From Desulfurococcaceae archaeon (GTDB lineage: Archaea; Thermoproteota; Thermoprotei_A; Sulfolobales; Desulfurococcaceae), in the NCBI GenBank assembly GCA_028275705.1, contig JAPWUD010000004.1:22001-86000 (forward strand): DNA of 64,000 nt, in the 5' to 3' direction. A program made the position numbers and the translations under genes. The notes below the pieces were generated by a model. That model saw nothing but the letters and a program-made list of their open reading frames with translations. It searched no databases and was not told the origin of the DNA. This document shows, piece after piece, positions 9,852 to 20,353 of this stretch. Each line of letters starts with the position of its first letter. The first letter of the stretch is position 1.

Positions 9852-11075
9852 GTGTTTTTACAGTTTTTCCTCGATATATTGAGAATGGCCATTAAAGTCC
9901 TCACTGAGAGGAGAACTCGTGCAGCGTTGACTATTGCTGGAATCGCTCTCGGTCCCTTCGCACTGGTAATGATCTCTAGTGTTGTTGATGGCTATGGAGA
10001 ATACATCGTATCTCAGGTGGAGGGGCTTGGTCAAAACACAATTGTCCTTTTCCCAAGCGGGGACTACAAATTCACTGAGAGTGATTTAAATAGTATTAGG
10101 TCAATGCCCGGTGTGAAGCGTGCCGAGCCATTTTACAGTATTCAGGGGCAGGTTAAGGTTGGGTCTGAGAATAAAGTTGTCTTTGTCTACGCTATACCGG
10201 TAGATTTGATCTTTGAATCCATGAAGGGGTTGGAGGTAGAGAAGGGCAGTATTCCATCGGAGAGTGAGTATTTAAGGGCCCTTGTGGGCCATAAAGTGGC
10301 CTATAGTGATGATGGTGGAGTAGTGTACGATATTGGAGACGTAGTTACAATTACGTATTTAAAGCCTGGTGGTGGCAGTAGTGAGGTTAGAAGAATCTCC
10401 GTGGTTGTGGCGGGTGTAATGAAGGAGTTTGGTGGTGCATTTATACTGAGTCCAGACACTATGGTGATACTGCCTCTGGAGGCTGGGCAGAAGGTGCTTG
10501 GATTGAGTTCTTGGAGTGGCATATATATTCTAGCTGAGAGTAGTGATGTAGTCTCAGATGTTGTGAGGGAACTTCAGTCTCGTTATAGAGGTGTAGCGGA
10601 TATAATATCATTTCAGAGTATTGCAAATATTATTAACTCTGTCATTGGAGCGGTAAACTTCATTTCATTCGCTGCATCTCTCTCAGCCTTTGCTGTTGCT
10701 GTAGCTGGTGTAGCTTCCACAATGATTACATCCGTTGTTGAGAGGACAAGGGAGATCGGGGTTTTAAAGGCACTCGGGTTTAAGGATGGAGAGGTTTTAC
10801 TAATGATCTTAGCGGAGAGCATTGTTATGAGTATTATTGGTGGATTAATAGGTATATTACTCGGTGTAGTGGGTGCACAGGCTCTCGCGTCAAGAGGCTT
10901 TGTCATAAGTATATCGCAGCAGAATACAATAGTTATCACTGCACCACCCAAGGTGACATCATTCAATATCCTTAGAGCTACTGCTCTAACACTACTTGTA
11001 GGGGTTGCTGGTGGATTATTCCCAGCATACCGTGCAGCTAGAATACCTCCAGCTGTTGCATTGAGGTATGAATAG
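9852..11075 (+). CDS. ABC transporter permease (FtsX/MacB family)
   Basis: SVVERTREIGVLKALG and PAYRAARIPPAVALRYE motifs. Confidence 0.95.
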   Translation: MFLQFFLDILRMAIKVLTERRTRAALTIAGIALGPFALVMISSVVDGYGEYIVSQVEGLGQNTIVLFPSGDYKFTESDLNSIRSMPGVKRAEPFYSIQGQVKVGSENKVVFVYAIPVDLIFESMKGLEVEKGSIPSESEYLRALVGHKVAYSDDGGVVYDIGDVVTITYLKPGGGSSEVRRISVVVAGVMKEFGGAFILSPDTMVILPLEAGQKVLGLSSWSGIYILAESSDVVSDVVRELQSRYRGVADIISFQSIANIINSVIGAVNFISFAASLSAFAVAVAGVASTMITSVVERTREIGVLKALGFKDGEVLLMILAESIVMSIIGGLIGILLGVVGAQALASRGFVISISQQNTIVITAPPKVTSFNILRATALTLLVGVAGGLFPAYRAARIPPAVALRYE

Positions 11076-11080
11076 TCTAT

Positions 11081-11332
11081 CTATAACTTTAACTCTATGA
11101 ATGACTGCTTCATAGTATACTTTAAACCCGGGTCCTCCCATGCCGGCTTCTCCACTATGAATAACTACTCGTGGTATATTAATAAAAAGTCTCTTTCTCT
11201 TAATCTACTCCACAATTCACGCGTAGTCTTCATTCTATGCTGGATCTTGACAACCTCCTCTCTCAGCATGAACCCAGCGTCTAGGAGTACGAGTAGAGCA
11301 TAGTGTGTTAATCGAGCATAGTGCTTCTTTAC
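11081..11332 (-). pseudogene. 3' remnant of an N4/N6 DNA methyltransferase-like gene
   Basis: Minus frame reads VKKHYARLTHYALLVLLDAGFMLREEVVKIQHRMKTTRELWSRLRERDFLLIYHE*LFIVEKP, resembling a methylase C-terminus; in-frame TAG at 11165-11167; 5' part lost exactly at the mini-element. Confidence 0.65.
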
Positions 11333-11371
11333 AACCGAAAGCCTTGCTTTTTAAGGCGGGGAGGAGGATGG
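11333..11371 (+). mobile_element. ~39-bp single-hairpin IS200/IS605 relic (minimal PATE)
   Basis: TTTAC|AACCGAAAGCCTTGCTTTTTAAGGCGGGGAGGAGGATGG: left-end start of the 22646 element fused to its right-end GAGGAGG tail; same TTTAC target. Confidence 0.75.
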
Positions 11372-11700
11372 AACTACTTCTCTACTTGTATTTATTGTTC
11401 TCAAGGAGAGTTTAATTCTCACAGGCAAGTTTCTCGTCTCTAAGAAGAGCCATAGCTTTCTCCCTTGAAATCGGAATTAATTGCACCTTCATTAAACCAC
11501 GTACTTCCTTAATTCTCATATACCCTATACGTATACGCTTCAATACAAGCCCTAAGTGGAATAAGCGCAATAGTGTTATATAAAGCAATTAATAAGTGTA
11601 AATAATAGTCCTAGTCCTGTATTATTTAAGACACGATAGATTTAATTCATGCACTGCTGTACTATAATGTCGTGTTTGGTGGGTGCGAGGAGAAAAAGAG

Positions 11701-12969
11701 TTATAGAGATTGGTCTGATTTAGCCGGATCTACCACGTGGCCTACGAATAGTATAGCTTTACTATCGCGGTCTCTAAGGATATAAATGAATGGCTTGTCT
11801 ACTACGACCTCTATGTTGTACACGGGTGCGGATGTAAGTACAAAGATCGCTGTTACAGCGGCTGCCTCAGTCCCCTTCTCATTTACCTTTATCACGGCTT
11901 TTTGAATTACCTTGTCAACCCATATACTGCCTCGAGCTACGCGCGCCATTCTCGTTAAATCGGCTATTCCAGGTTGGAATACTTCGTGTACCCCCATCTC
12001 CCATAAAACATCATTGAGAACTTTATTAAATGATACGTTGAATTTAGGCATTACGAGGTGTGCTCTGAGTATTGGACTAGCATTATCTATGTTTTCAAGG
12101 GCCTTTGTAACTAATTCCCTAACGTCTCCCACAGCCTCTTTGAAGTCTCTAGGCATTATGATCACCATTGATAAACTAGTGTCCTTGTAGGGGATCTCCA
12201 CAGCGATGTACTCGCTAGTATTCACTACTCTCAAGTGATCTCCTTCAACGTCCATACCATAAACATATATCCACTCATTTCCATTCCAGAATCTGATTTT
12301 TCCACATGGCTTGAACTCCTTTAACCAATCTGCCTTGAAGTAGATTGCTGAAACCAACACTGCAACTGTGTCGGGCGGCACTAGATCCCTGCTTAAGAGG
12401 TTCTTTATTAACCCATTTGTCTTCTCCTCAACCCATCTATTAACACTCTCAACTAACTCATCAATACTAGTAAAGTACTCTACGTATCCATTGAAGCACT
12501 GTTTAACCCTCGACACGTAATCATCCCTGAATGGAAATCCCTCCCTCAGCCACGCGCCATTAGCTACGTAGAGTGCGGCAGTGTTGTTTCTACCTATTGG
12601 AAGCATCGAGATCAATTCTCGGTATGCACTACAAGCATCTCCATTATCCAAGCCCATAACTTTACCAAGCTCCTCTCTAGTAGAGGTGTTTGTACCCTCA
12701 TATAGTATTGTTAGAGCAACGTAGATGTTGAAGGGTGAAACAACTAGGTTTTCACTGGAGTGATCTCTCAATAGTAAACCATATAGGTTGAGAGTGAAAT
12801 TATTCGCTTTTTCAACAAGTTGAGGTAGTGTTACTTCCTCTGCTTCAACTACACCACTCGGTGTATGTTGCTGAGGGGTTTTTCTCAGTAGGAATGGTAT
12901 AGAGACAACTGATAGGACAACTAATGCAACCACTAGAACTACAACAAACCAATACTTCAACGCCACCAC
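11701..12969 (-). CDS. Serpin (serine protease inhibitor) with N-terminal membrane anchor/signal
   Basis: NLVVSPFNI, VNRWVEEKTNGLIK, SAIYFKADW, hinge EKGTEAAAVTA, DKPFIYIL...ILFVGHV. Confidence 0.95.
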   Translation of the reverse strand: MVALKYWFVVVLVVALVVLSVVSIPFLLRKTPQQHTPSGVVEAEEVTLPQLVEKANNFTLNLYGLLLRDHSSENLVVSPFNIYVALTILYEGTNTSTREELGKVMGLDNGDACSAYRELISMLPIGRNNTAALYVANGAWLREGFPFRDDYVSRVKQCFNGYVEYFTSIDELVESVNRWVEEKTNGLIKNLLSRDLVPPDTVAVLVSAIYFKADWLKEFKPCGKIRFWNGNEWIYVYGMDVEGDHLRVVNTSEYIAVEIPYKDTSLSMVIIMPRDFKEAVGDVRELVTKALENIDNASPILRAHLVMPKFNVSFNKVLNDVLWEMGVHEVFQPGIADLTRMARVARGSIWVDKVIQKAVIKVNEKGTEAAAVTAIFVLTSAPVYNIEVVVDKPFIYILRDRDSKAILFVGHVVDPAKSDQSL

Positions 12970-13222
12970 CGTGAATATTCTCTCCCTATTGTTAAAAATA
13001 AATATAACACTTGGACAAGAGCGTCCGGGTTCTTGGACGAAGCAGTATTGCTAGAGATAATCACATTATAAATATGACCTCCTCCCCGCCACAAGTGACG
13101 AGGGTTCCAGTTGTAAAGGCTGGTTGGCTTAAGACAGGGAATATGTTGGTTGACGAGTTAGTAGTTGCTATAGTAATATCCAATAATATCTGCACTAATT
13201 CCCAATAGCGTTCTTTATGCCC

Positions 13223-13873
13223 CTAATAATATGTTTGAATTCTCCTCCGCAGAGCTCTAAGAAGTTGCCTAAGATCCTCTAAGGATCTATCAATGCATGA
13301 GGATATAGCTGTTAAATCGATGCCTAATCCTTGCTTCTCAGCAGTCATGTAAACGCATAGTCCAGCTAGCACGAGTGGTTTGCCAGCATATGTTGGTTTG
13401 CTACTCCACAATCGATCTACAAGCTCTATTGTTGACACTGCGAGTTTTTCTCTCTCAGTAGCCTCTATGAATCCCCGCTCTACTAGGCAGTCGACAACGC
13501 GTTTAATGCATGTTTTTGTATAACTATGTAGATCTAGTGGTTTATAGAATTTCTTTAGGTAATCGTATTTACTGAGAATAGAGCTACTAATCCTTGGACT
13601 GTGTTTTAGTAGTTTATCGTAGTCAATGCACTCACTACACTCCCTAGATGCAATTAAAACAGCGTATTTTACAATGAGTCGGAAATCTGGTCTATGCTTT
13701 GAGTCTTTATAGTGCTCGGCAACACTCTTAATAATGCTCTCAGCGACTCCACGAGTACATCGATCTCTAAAAACCCTGTAGTCTAAGTAGTCGAGGTATC
13801 CAATAGCTCTCAATAGCCATTCATCAAAAACTCCAAGTCTCCTCTTAGCTATACCGGCTGATTGAGTATTCAA
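13223..13873 (-). CDS. TFIIB/TFB cyclin-fold-like protein lacking the N-terminal zinc ribbon
   Basis: C-terminal GKPLVLAGLCVYMTAEKQG..IDL..IS......L...LR.L resembles TFB repeat 2 (GK.P..LAAA.IY.A.....); KYAVLIASRE is a degenerate repeat 1; YTKTCIKRV..L linker. Confidence 0.6.
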   Translation of the reverse strand: MNTQSAGIAKRRLGVFDEWLLRAIGYLDYLDYRVFRDRCTRGVAESIIKSVAEHYKDSKHRPDFRLIVKYAVLIASRECSECIDYDKLLKHSPRISSSILSKYDYLKKFYKPLDLHSYTKTCIKRVVDCLVERGFIEATEREKLAVSTIELVDRLWSSKPTYAGKPLVLAGLCVYMTAEKQGLGIDLTAISSCIDRSLEDLRQLLRALRRRIQTYY

Positions 13874-14487
13874 AATCCCACTTTAATTCCGCTATTAATA
13901 AATAAATAAAAAATAATTATAAATAAAGCTAAGAAAGTTATTGACTTCACTTAGAATATTGTACTACTTACTACTACATTTAACTTTCCCGCAGAATTTG
14001 TTTTGCATGGAATTCTAGTATAATTTGCTCTACTTATTTTAACGCCTGAGTAGTATAAAAAGCAAATGGCAACTCCATGTCATAGTTAACTTCTCCAATT
14101 TCAGCTCTCAACTTGTTGAGAACGATATTAAATTCGATTAATAAAGTACATTAATTCAATTCTAAGTATTCTGCTCTCAATGGGAAAATATGAAACCATA
14201 TTTCGACTTCATCGTTTCTATCGATTAACGATTGAACATATTTCCATAAAGCACTTTAGCGGTTATTTCGTATTTTTCTCTTAAGCTTTTAATAGTGGTA
14301 GTTTCAGCGTTTAAATGGGGTACTCATACGTAAAATCCCGTGAAAACCTTTAACTATGTGCAACTACTGTTTACAACTTTATCCCCGTAACTTTTAGCTT
14401 CTTAAAATATCTTCTTAAAATATAGTTGTAAGATTTAAATACCCCATAAGGTATTATATCTCTAAAAGTGCTGGAGGCGATGATTCC

Positions 14488-15918
14488 GTGAATAAAACTA
14501 CTGCGATCCTTGTTGTTATCGCGATAGTAGTTGGCATAGTAGGCTTTATCGCGGGATATAATCTTTCACCTATTAGAGTGCAGACTTTAACTACGACTAT
14601 AGTCACCACTACTACCACTACTTTAACTATAACTATTCCCACAACTCCTACACCTACTCCACCTACAACACCACCTATAACTACTCCAACATCCCCTAGG
14701 TGCAACTTCACTCCTCCCGATAAAATAGTTATTGGACTATCTATTAGCCTATCTGGATCGTATGCCTTGACAGGACAGCAAGGCTTATGGGGTATGAGTG
14801 CCGCTGTTAACTATATAAATAATATCAAAGGTGGGATCGACCTATGTGGTAAAAAAGTGAAAATAGAGCTTAAATACTATGATGATCAATCGAGCAAAGA
14901 CCTCGTGCCTAGCTTGTACGAAAGACTAATTACAGTAGATAAAGTAGACATAGTTCTAGGCCCATATGGATCTCCGTTAACTTTGACAGCTGCTCCTGTA
15001 GCAGAAAAATATAGTAAAGTAATTATCAGCTGGATGGCCAATAGTGATAAATTAATCCAGCAGGGATTTAAATACTTCGTTATGGTTCCAGCACTAGCTA
15101 GTACTCTTTGGAAAGCCGCTCTTGAAATGGTTAAACAATTAGATCCAGGCGCGGCTATAGCTATACTTCATAAAGAAGACGAGTTCAATACTATGGTAGC
15201 TAATGGCGCAAAGAATTATTCATCTCAGCTCGGTCTAAAGATCGTGTATTTTAGATCTTATCCAACCGATATATCTGATTTCACACCTATATTTTACGAG
15301 CTAGCTGCTGCCAAGCCAGATGTAATACTCATATGTTCCCACGAGAAGGATGGAATGCTCGCGATGCAACAATTGATACAAATGAAGGTTAACGCTAAAT
15401 TAATAGGGATAGCGGTCGCTGCAAGTCTTCCAGACTTCTACAATAACTTTAAGAACATGGCTGAAGGACTGATTGACGGAACGCACTGGACTCCATATGC
15501 TAAGTGGTCTCCAGAAGTCGCTAAGCAACTGGGATACGAGTGGATAGGTCCTACGCAAGAAGAATTTCTTAGCTTATTCCACGAAGTAGCAGGTCCCGAT
15601 AAATCTCCATCATATCATGCCGCCGCAGGGTTTGCGGCAATATTAATTGTCGCGAGAGCCATAGAGACAGCACAGTCGCTAGAACAAAGCGTACTTAGAC
15701 AAACATTTAACAACTTAAAAGTCATGACAATATATGGGCCATTCCAAATAGATCCAGCAACAGGAGCGCAAAAAGGGCATACCATCGTAGTCGGACAGTG
15801 GCAAGCCGGAAAGTTCAATATTGTATGGCCACCTGGAGCGGCCAATTCTAAACCAGTTTATCCAATACCTACATGGGACGAGAAAGCTGGAGGAGCTTTA
15901 GCGACGCCAAAGCCTTAA
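14488..15918 (+). CDS. Branched-chain amino acid type ABC substrate-binding protein (LivK-like) with Thr/Pro linker
   Basis: N-terminal TM helix, T/P-rich linker, IGLSISLSG, YDDQS, LGPYGS motifs. Confidence 0.9.
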   Translation: MNKTTAILVVIAIVVGIVGFIAGYNLSPIRVQTLTTTIVTTTTTTLTITIPTTPTPTPPTTPPITTPTSPRCNFTPPDKIVIGLSISLSGSYALTGQQGLWGMSAAVNYINNIKGGIDLCGKKVKIELKYYDDQSSKDLVPSLYERLITVDKVDIVLGPYGSPLTLTAAPVAEKYSKVIISWMANSDKLIQQGFKYFVMVPALASTLWKAALEMVKQLDPGAAIAILHKEDEFNTMVANGAKNYSSQLGLKIVYFRSYPTDISDFTPIFYELAAAKPDVILICSHEKDGMLAMQQLIQMKVNAKLIGIAVAASLPDFYNNFKNMAEGLIDGTHWTPYAKWSPEVAKQLGYEWIGPTQEEFLSLFHEVAGPDKSPSYHAAAGFAAILIVARAIETAQSLEQSVLRQTFNNLKVMTIYGPFQIDPATGAQKGHTIVVGQWQAGKFNIVWPPGAANSKPVYPIPTWDEKAGGALATPKP

Positions 15919-15927
15919 CTTTCGAGT

Positions 15928-16764
15928 TTGTTTTTAATTATTCCTTTCATTCCCTTGAGGTCATCTAACTATATTACAATGTATGATCTTGGTGAAGGAT
16001 TCTTGTATACTACTGGAAGAGTTGTAGATGCTCAAAGGATTGGTCAAAGATTTTGTAGGCTAAAGCTTAGGCTTGGCAGAGATCTAGGCGAGGTTTCACC
16101 GTTTCAATTCGTCATGGCTGGATTACCAGGCGAGTTCGAAATCCCGTTGACTGTTTCAATGTACAATCGCGAAAAACTAATATTGGACTTATTTTTCAAA
16201 GTTAGGGAATACAGCACAGAGAAACTTTGCGGCAGCATAAAGTACATATCTCTCCGTGGATTCTATGGTAAGAACAGGTTAAATCTTGTAATAGGGGATA
16301 AAGTATTGTACATAACTGAAGATCTCGGTTTCTCGTCGTTGCCTCTTTTAATTTCTTGGATTAAGAAAAATAGTAAAGTTCTCGATGTAATTATGGTTTT
16401 TGAGAACGAAAGTGAAATTTTTGAAGTAGCAAAGCTCATCGACATGGATTTTAGTGGACGCATTGTTCAGTGTATAAGGAGCGATCTCGAAGAAAGACTA
16501 GACTTAGTTACTAAGTCCACCACTAGCAACACTTGGAAAACTATTTTAGCAGCAGGTGGAAGAGAGTTGCTGAAAAAAGCCTGTGAACTGGCATATGAAC
16601 TAGGAGCTGAAGGTGTAATAGCGCCTTATACTCGAATTAAATGCGGTATTGGGGCGTGTGGATACTGCATTATACCAAGAACAAAATACTTGTTATGTGT
16701 AGATGGGCCGATCTTCAAATGTAGTGAACTAGCAAGTTATTTGGGGCTTGAACATGGAGATTGA
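15928..16764 (+). CDS. pyrK: Dihydroorotate dehydrogenase electron transfer subunit (PyrK-like, divergent)
   Basis: PFQFVM, RGFYG, C-terminal 2Fe-2S motif KCGIGACGYC...LCVDGPIF; real start probably the ATG near 15979. Confidence 0.8.
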   Translation: MFLIIPFIPLRSSNYITMYDLGEGFLYTTGRVVDAQRIGQRFCRLKLRLGRDLGEVSPFQFVMAGLPGEFEIPLTVSMYNREKLILDLFFKVREYSTEKLCGSIKYISLRGFYGKNRLNLVIGDKVLYITEDLGFSSLPLLISWIKKNSKVLDVIMVFENESEIFEVAKLIDMDFSGRIVQCIRSDLEERLDLVTKSTTSNTWKTILAAGGRELLKKACELAYELGAEGVIAPYTRIKCGIGACGYCIIPRTKYLLCVDGPIFKCSELASYLGLEHGD

Positions 16765-17671
16765 TTTATCCATAGAGGTGTTAGGGCTTCGCTTAATTCA
16801 TCCGTTAATGAATGCTAGCGGCATATTAGGACACATGCCGGAACATGTTGATATCTTAAAGAGTTATGGCGTATCAGCTATTGTAACCAAGACATTTACT
16901 CTTAAACCGAGGGAGGGGCATAAAGAGCCTATTATAGTGGAGTTGCCGAATGGGGGGATTCTTAACAGTATGGGTTTACCCAACCCTGGCATAATTGGAT
17001 TAGAGAGGATTATTAAAAGTGCAAAAAGCAGGAACATTCCAGTAATTGTTAGCGTGGGAGGAAGCAGTATTAAGGAGTTCAGCGAGGTTGCCATAAAGGC
17101 TGAAGAAGCAGGTGCCAACGCAATTGAGTTAAATCTAAGTTGTCCTCACACAAAAAGCTATGGCTTAGAGCTGGGTCAAGACCCATTAATAGTGTATGAA
17201 GTAGTCAGGGAAGTATCGGGGTCAATAAAAGTTCCCGTAGTAGCTAAACTAGGATTAACGGATAGGATCATAGAGATCGCCGGCAAAGCTCTAGAAGCCG
17301 GCGCTAGAGCATTAACTCTAATAAATACTATAAAAGCGATGTATATTGACATATTCGCAGCAAAGCCCTTTTTAAGCAATATATATGGTGGTCTTTCGGG
17401 ACCGCCAATACATCCAATAGCGGTGAGAGTAGTGTACGATGTTTATAGAGAATATGAAGGCATAGAGATAATAGCAGCTGGGGGAGCTATAGACTGGCAT
17501 AGTGTAGCAGAGTTCCTGTTGGCAGGAGCAAAAGCTGTGCAACTAGGAACAGCGCTAATTCTCAAAAGAGAAAAAGCCATACCGGAAATTTTAAAAGGCT
17601 TATATGTGTGGCTCGGTGAATTAAATATCAAAAGCCTTAAGGAGGTTGTTGGTTTAGCTAATAGGAAATAG
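16748..17671 (+). CDS. pyrD: Dihydroorotate dehydrogenase family 1B catalytic subunit
   Basis: MNASG, TKT, NSMGLPNPG, ELNLSCPH (catalytic Cys), INT, GGLSG, AGAKAVQLGT. Confidence 0.9.
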   Translation: MNMEIDLSIEVLGLRLIHPLMNASGILGHMPEHVDILKSYGVSAIVTKTFTLKPREGHKEPIIVELPNGGILNSMGLPNPGIIGLERIIKSAKSRNIPVIVSVGGSSIKEFSEVAIKAEEAGANAIELNLSCPHTKSYGLELGQDPLIVYEVVREVSGSIKVPVVAKLGLTDRIIEIAGKALEAGARALTLINTIKAMYIDIFAAKPFLSNIYGGLSGPPIHPIAVRVVYDVYREYEGIEIIAAGGAIDWHSVAEFLLAGAKAVQLGTALILKREKAIPEILKGLYVWLGELNIKSLKEVVGLANRK

Positions 17672-17723
17672 TTTTAATACTTTTAAGGTAATGCCCTTCA
17701 TAGTAAATTTATAGAGGGGTATC

Positions 17724-18608
17724 GTGGTGTACTCTTACATACTCGTTAACATAGTATCTGGAGTTATGATAGGATTTCTATACGCGCTAGTTGGATTATC
17801 TCTCACTTTTATATTTGGAATATTGCAGTTTGTAAACTCTGCACATGGGCAACTAATGATGATTGGAGCATATATTACGTATTGGCTGTTCGTACTGTAT
17901 GGTTATCCACCACTAATATCCCTATTTTTAACGTCTCTAATTGGTCTTATACTGGGCATCGCTCTCTATACACTGGTTGTAAAAAGGTTAGTTGGTCTAC
18001 CAGCTCTCTACTCTCTTTCAGCAGCGTTTGCACTAGGCATATTTATACAAGAACTCGCTAAGCTTTTGTGGGGTCCTACATATAGAGGTTTTCTATATGA
18101 CGTAGGCTCTCTCCACGTCTTTGGTTACATTATTCCAGCAACTAGGGTCTTGGGATCGGCAATTAGCGCTTTCCTTGTGTTTTTAACCTACTTCTACCTC
18201 TATAGAACTAAAAGCGGCAGGGCTGTTAGAAGCATCATTCAAAATCCCGAGGGTGCTATACTATGCGGTGTCGATATATACAAGTTTTACTTGACCGCTC
18301 TAGCGATGGGTATAGCATTAAATATTATAAGTGGGTGTCTACTAACGCTCTATGTTTCTAGCGGTATAAATCCATACATGGGGGACATCTATACAAATTT
18401 AGCCTTCATGGTAGCCGTTACCGGGGGTTTAGGTGCACCCGAGGGCTCCTTACTCGCGGGCTTAATATACGGCTTGTTCGAAAATCTACTTCCAGTATTT
18501 CTCGGTAATATACCCAATCTCAGCGTTTATCCAGCTACGAGGTTTATAATGTTCGTAGTTCTAATGATAGTTCTACTCGTTAAACCTCGAGGGCTCTTGG
18601 GGAGGTGA
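17724..18608 (+). CDS. Liv-type ABC permease (LivH-like)
   Basis: GLSLTFIFG..FVNSAHG, GRAVRS, VTGGLG, KPRGLLG. Confidence 0.92.
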   Translation: MVYSYILVNIVSGVMIGFLYALVGLSLTFIFGILQFVNSAHGQLMMIGAYITYWLFVLYGYPPLISLFLTSLIGLILGIALYTLVVKRLVGLPALYSLSAAFALGIFIQELAKLLWGPTYRGFLYDVGSLHVFGYIIPATRVLGSAISAFLVFLTYFYLYRTKSGRAVRSIIQNPEGAILCGVDIYKFYLTALAMGIALNIISGCLLTLYVSSGINPYMGDIYTNLAFMVAVTGGLGAPEGSLLAGLIYGLFENLLPVFLGNIPNLSVYPATRFIMFVVLMIVLLVKPRGLLGR

Positions 18609-18614
18609 TGAAGC

Positions 18615-19613
18615 TTGAGGCTTATTCTTCTGAATAAGCATTTATCACTGATATTTAGTTTACTCATAGTATTTGTATTTATATTACTACGATCTATATT
18701 TCCCGAATATTCTCAAATGGTGTACTTCATAGTATTTTATATAGCGCTCGGCTTGGCTTTCAACATCTTCCTAGGTTTTACAAACTACGTGTGCTTCGGA
18801 TACACGGTTTTTCTGGCTTTAGGAGGATATGCCATGGCTCATTCGATTAAGTGGCTGGCAAGTAGTTTAAACCCAGTATTGGTATTTACAATAGGTGTTC
18901 TGCTTTCCTCGCTTTATGCTGGTATTGTAGCGCTATTAGTTGGAGCTATTGGATTGAGGCTGAAAGAGACGTACTTCGCAATAGCAACTATAGGTTTAAC
19001 ACAGGGACTTCGTTTCTTCATAGAGGGCTTTAGAGTATGGGGTGGAAGCGAGGGTTTGATCGTTGCAGGAGATATTATTTCAAACTATGGCTCGGAATGG
19101 CTTACAACTCTATCTATAGAATATGCCGACATCCTAGTATTCTCTACAGCCGTATTATCAATAGTAATAACATATTATCTACTAAACTCTCGAACAGGCT
19201 ACGCACTTTTAGCAATTAGAGAAGATGAGGAAGTTGCTAATTCCTTTGGTATAAACCCAGTTAAATATAAGTTACTGGCGTTCATGATCAGCGCCATACT
19301 AGGTGCTTTTATCGGTGCCAGCAAACTGCTTAAGGATCAGGCGGTTTTCCCCGCAGAAGCATTTTCACTCGGATTTACACTAGAAGCGTTGGTTATCACG
19401 CTTATAGGGGGGAAGGGAACGTTACTATTTCCTCTTATAGCAGGCATTCTATATGCAAGCCTTAAGTATTTCTTGACAACAATACTGCCAGGTTTTCAGT
19501 TACTAATATTCGCTATCATAGTAATCGTTATAGTTGAACTCTTCCCTGAGGGAATTATGGGGTGGCTTAAGAAAAAGCTTAGAGGAAGAGCAATTGAAAG
19601 TATTTTGATCTAG
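18615..19613 (+). CDS. Liv-type ABC permease (LivM-like)
   Basis: LRLKETYFAIAT, GYALLAIREDE, IGGKG, PEGIMG. Confidence 0.92.
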   Translation: MRLILLNKHLSLIFSLLIVFVFILLRSIFPEYSQMVYFIVFYIALGLAFNIFLGFTNYVCFGYTVFLALGGYAMAHSIKWLASSLNPVLVFTIGVLLSSLYAGIVALLVGAIGLRLKETYFAIATIGLTQGLRFFIEGFRVWGGSEGLIVAGDIISNYGSEWLTTLSIEYADILVFSTAVLSIVITYYLLNSRTGYALLAIREDEEVANSFGINPVKYKLLAFMISAILGAFIGASKLLKDQAVFPAEAFSLGFTLEALVITLIGGKGTLLFPLIAGILYASLKYFLTTILPGFQLLIFAIIVIVIVELFPEGIMGWLKKKLRGRAIESILI

Positions 19614-19615
19614 AG

Positions 19616-20353
19616 GTGGGATTTATGAGTGTTGTCTTAAGGGTAGAAGGCGTTGCAAAGTACTTTGGAGGCATAAAGGCGCTTGATGGCGTCACCTTAG
19701 ACATCCACGAAAACGAATTATTAGCGATAATAGGCCCAAATGGAGCTGGTAAAACAACGCTTTTCAACGTGATCACTGGTCTACGCAAACCAGATAGAGG
19801 TAGGGTTCTATATATGGGCAGGGATATAACGAGGGCTCCTCCATATAAAAGAGCACAAATGGGAATCGCGAGGGCATTTCAAATTCCTAGATTAATATAC
19901 AACGCGAGTGTCATGGATAATGCAGTTTTGAGTTGCCTATTTGGAGGCAAGATGGATTTAAACAATTCAAAAAAGAGGGTTTTAGAAGTATTGAAACTTG
20001 TAGGCTTAGAGAAGAAAGCTAATGAACTTGCTGCAAACCTTACTTCGCCAGAGAAAAAGTTGTTAGAGTTTGCAAGAGCTGTAGCCATGAAACCCCGTGT
20101 CCTACTGCTTGACGAGATCGTTGCAGGTATGCCTCCAGCTGAAGTGGATAACATTATGAACTTAGTGAGAAAAATAGCTATTGGGGAAAAAATCACGGTG
20201 GTTGCAATGGTTGAACATGTTATAAGGGCCGTTAAATATGCTGATCGTGCAGTGTTTTTGCATCAGGGCAGAATACTGGTTGAAGGCTCTCCAAGTGAAG
20301 TATTAAACAATAAGCTTGTTAAAGAGGTATATTTAGGTGAGATTATTGAATGA
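19616..20353 (+). CDS. Liv-type ABC ATPase (LivG-like)
   Basis: FGGIKAL, GPNGAGKTT, LLLDEIVAG, VEH, VKEVYLG. Confidence 0.93.
   Translation: MGFMSVVLRVEGVAKYFGGIKALDGVTLDIHENELLAIIGPNGAGKTTLFNVITGLRKPDRGRVLYMGRDITRAPPYKRAQMGIARAFQIPRLIYNASVMDNAVLSCLFGGKMDLNNSKKRVLEVLKLVGLEKKANELAANLTSPEKKLLEFARAVAMKPRVLLLDEIVAGMPPAEVDNIMNLVRKIAIGEKITVVAMVEHVIRAVKYADRAVFLHQGRILVEGSPSEVLNNKLVKEVYLGEIIE

Noticed and set aside
11296..11323. Direct repeat GAGCATAGTG x2 as a target-site duplication
   Set aside because: Both copies lie on one side of the element and correspond to two His-Tyr-Ala codon runs of the methylase remnant.
13874..14487. AT-rich 614-bp spacer with a weak ORB-like word (TCCCGTGAAAAC near 14336) as a replication origin
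   Set aside because: Only one degenerate match, no repeated ORBs or G-strings, and more than 10 kb from cdc6; adequately explained as a divergent promoter region.
14454..14711. Antisense Val/Gly-rich ORF and the many other short antisense ORFs in the track
   Set aside because: Shadows of real genes on the opposite strand (here the Thr/Pro linker).
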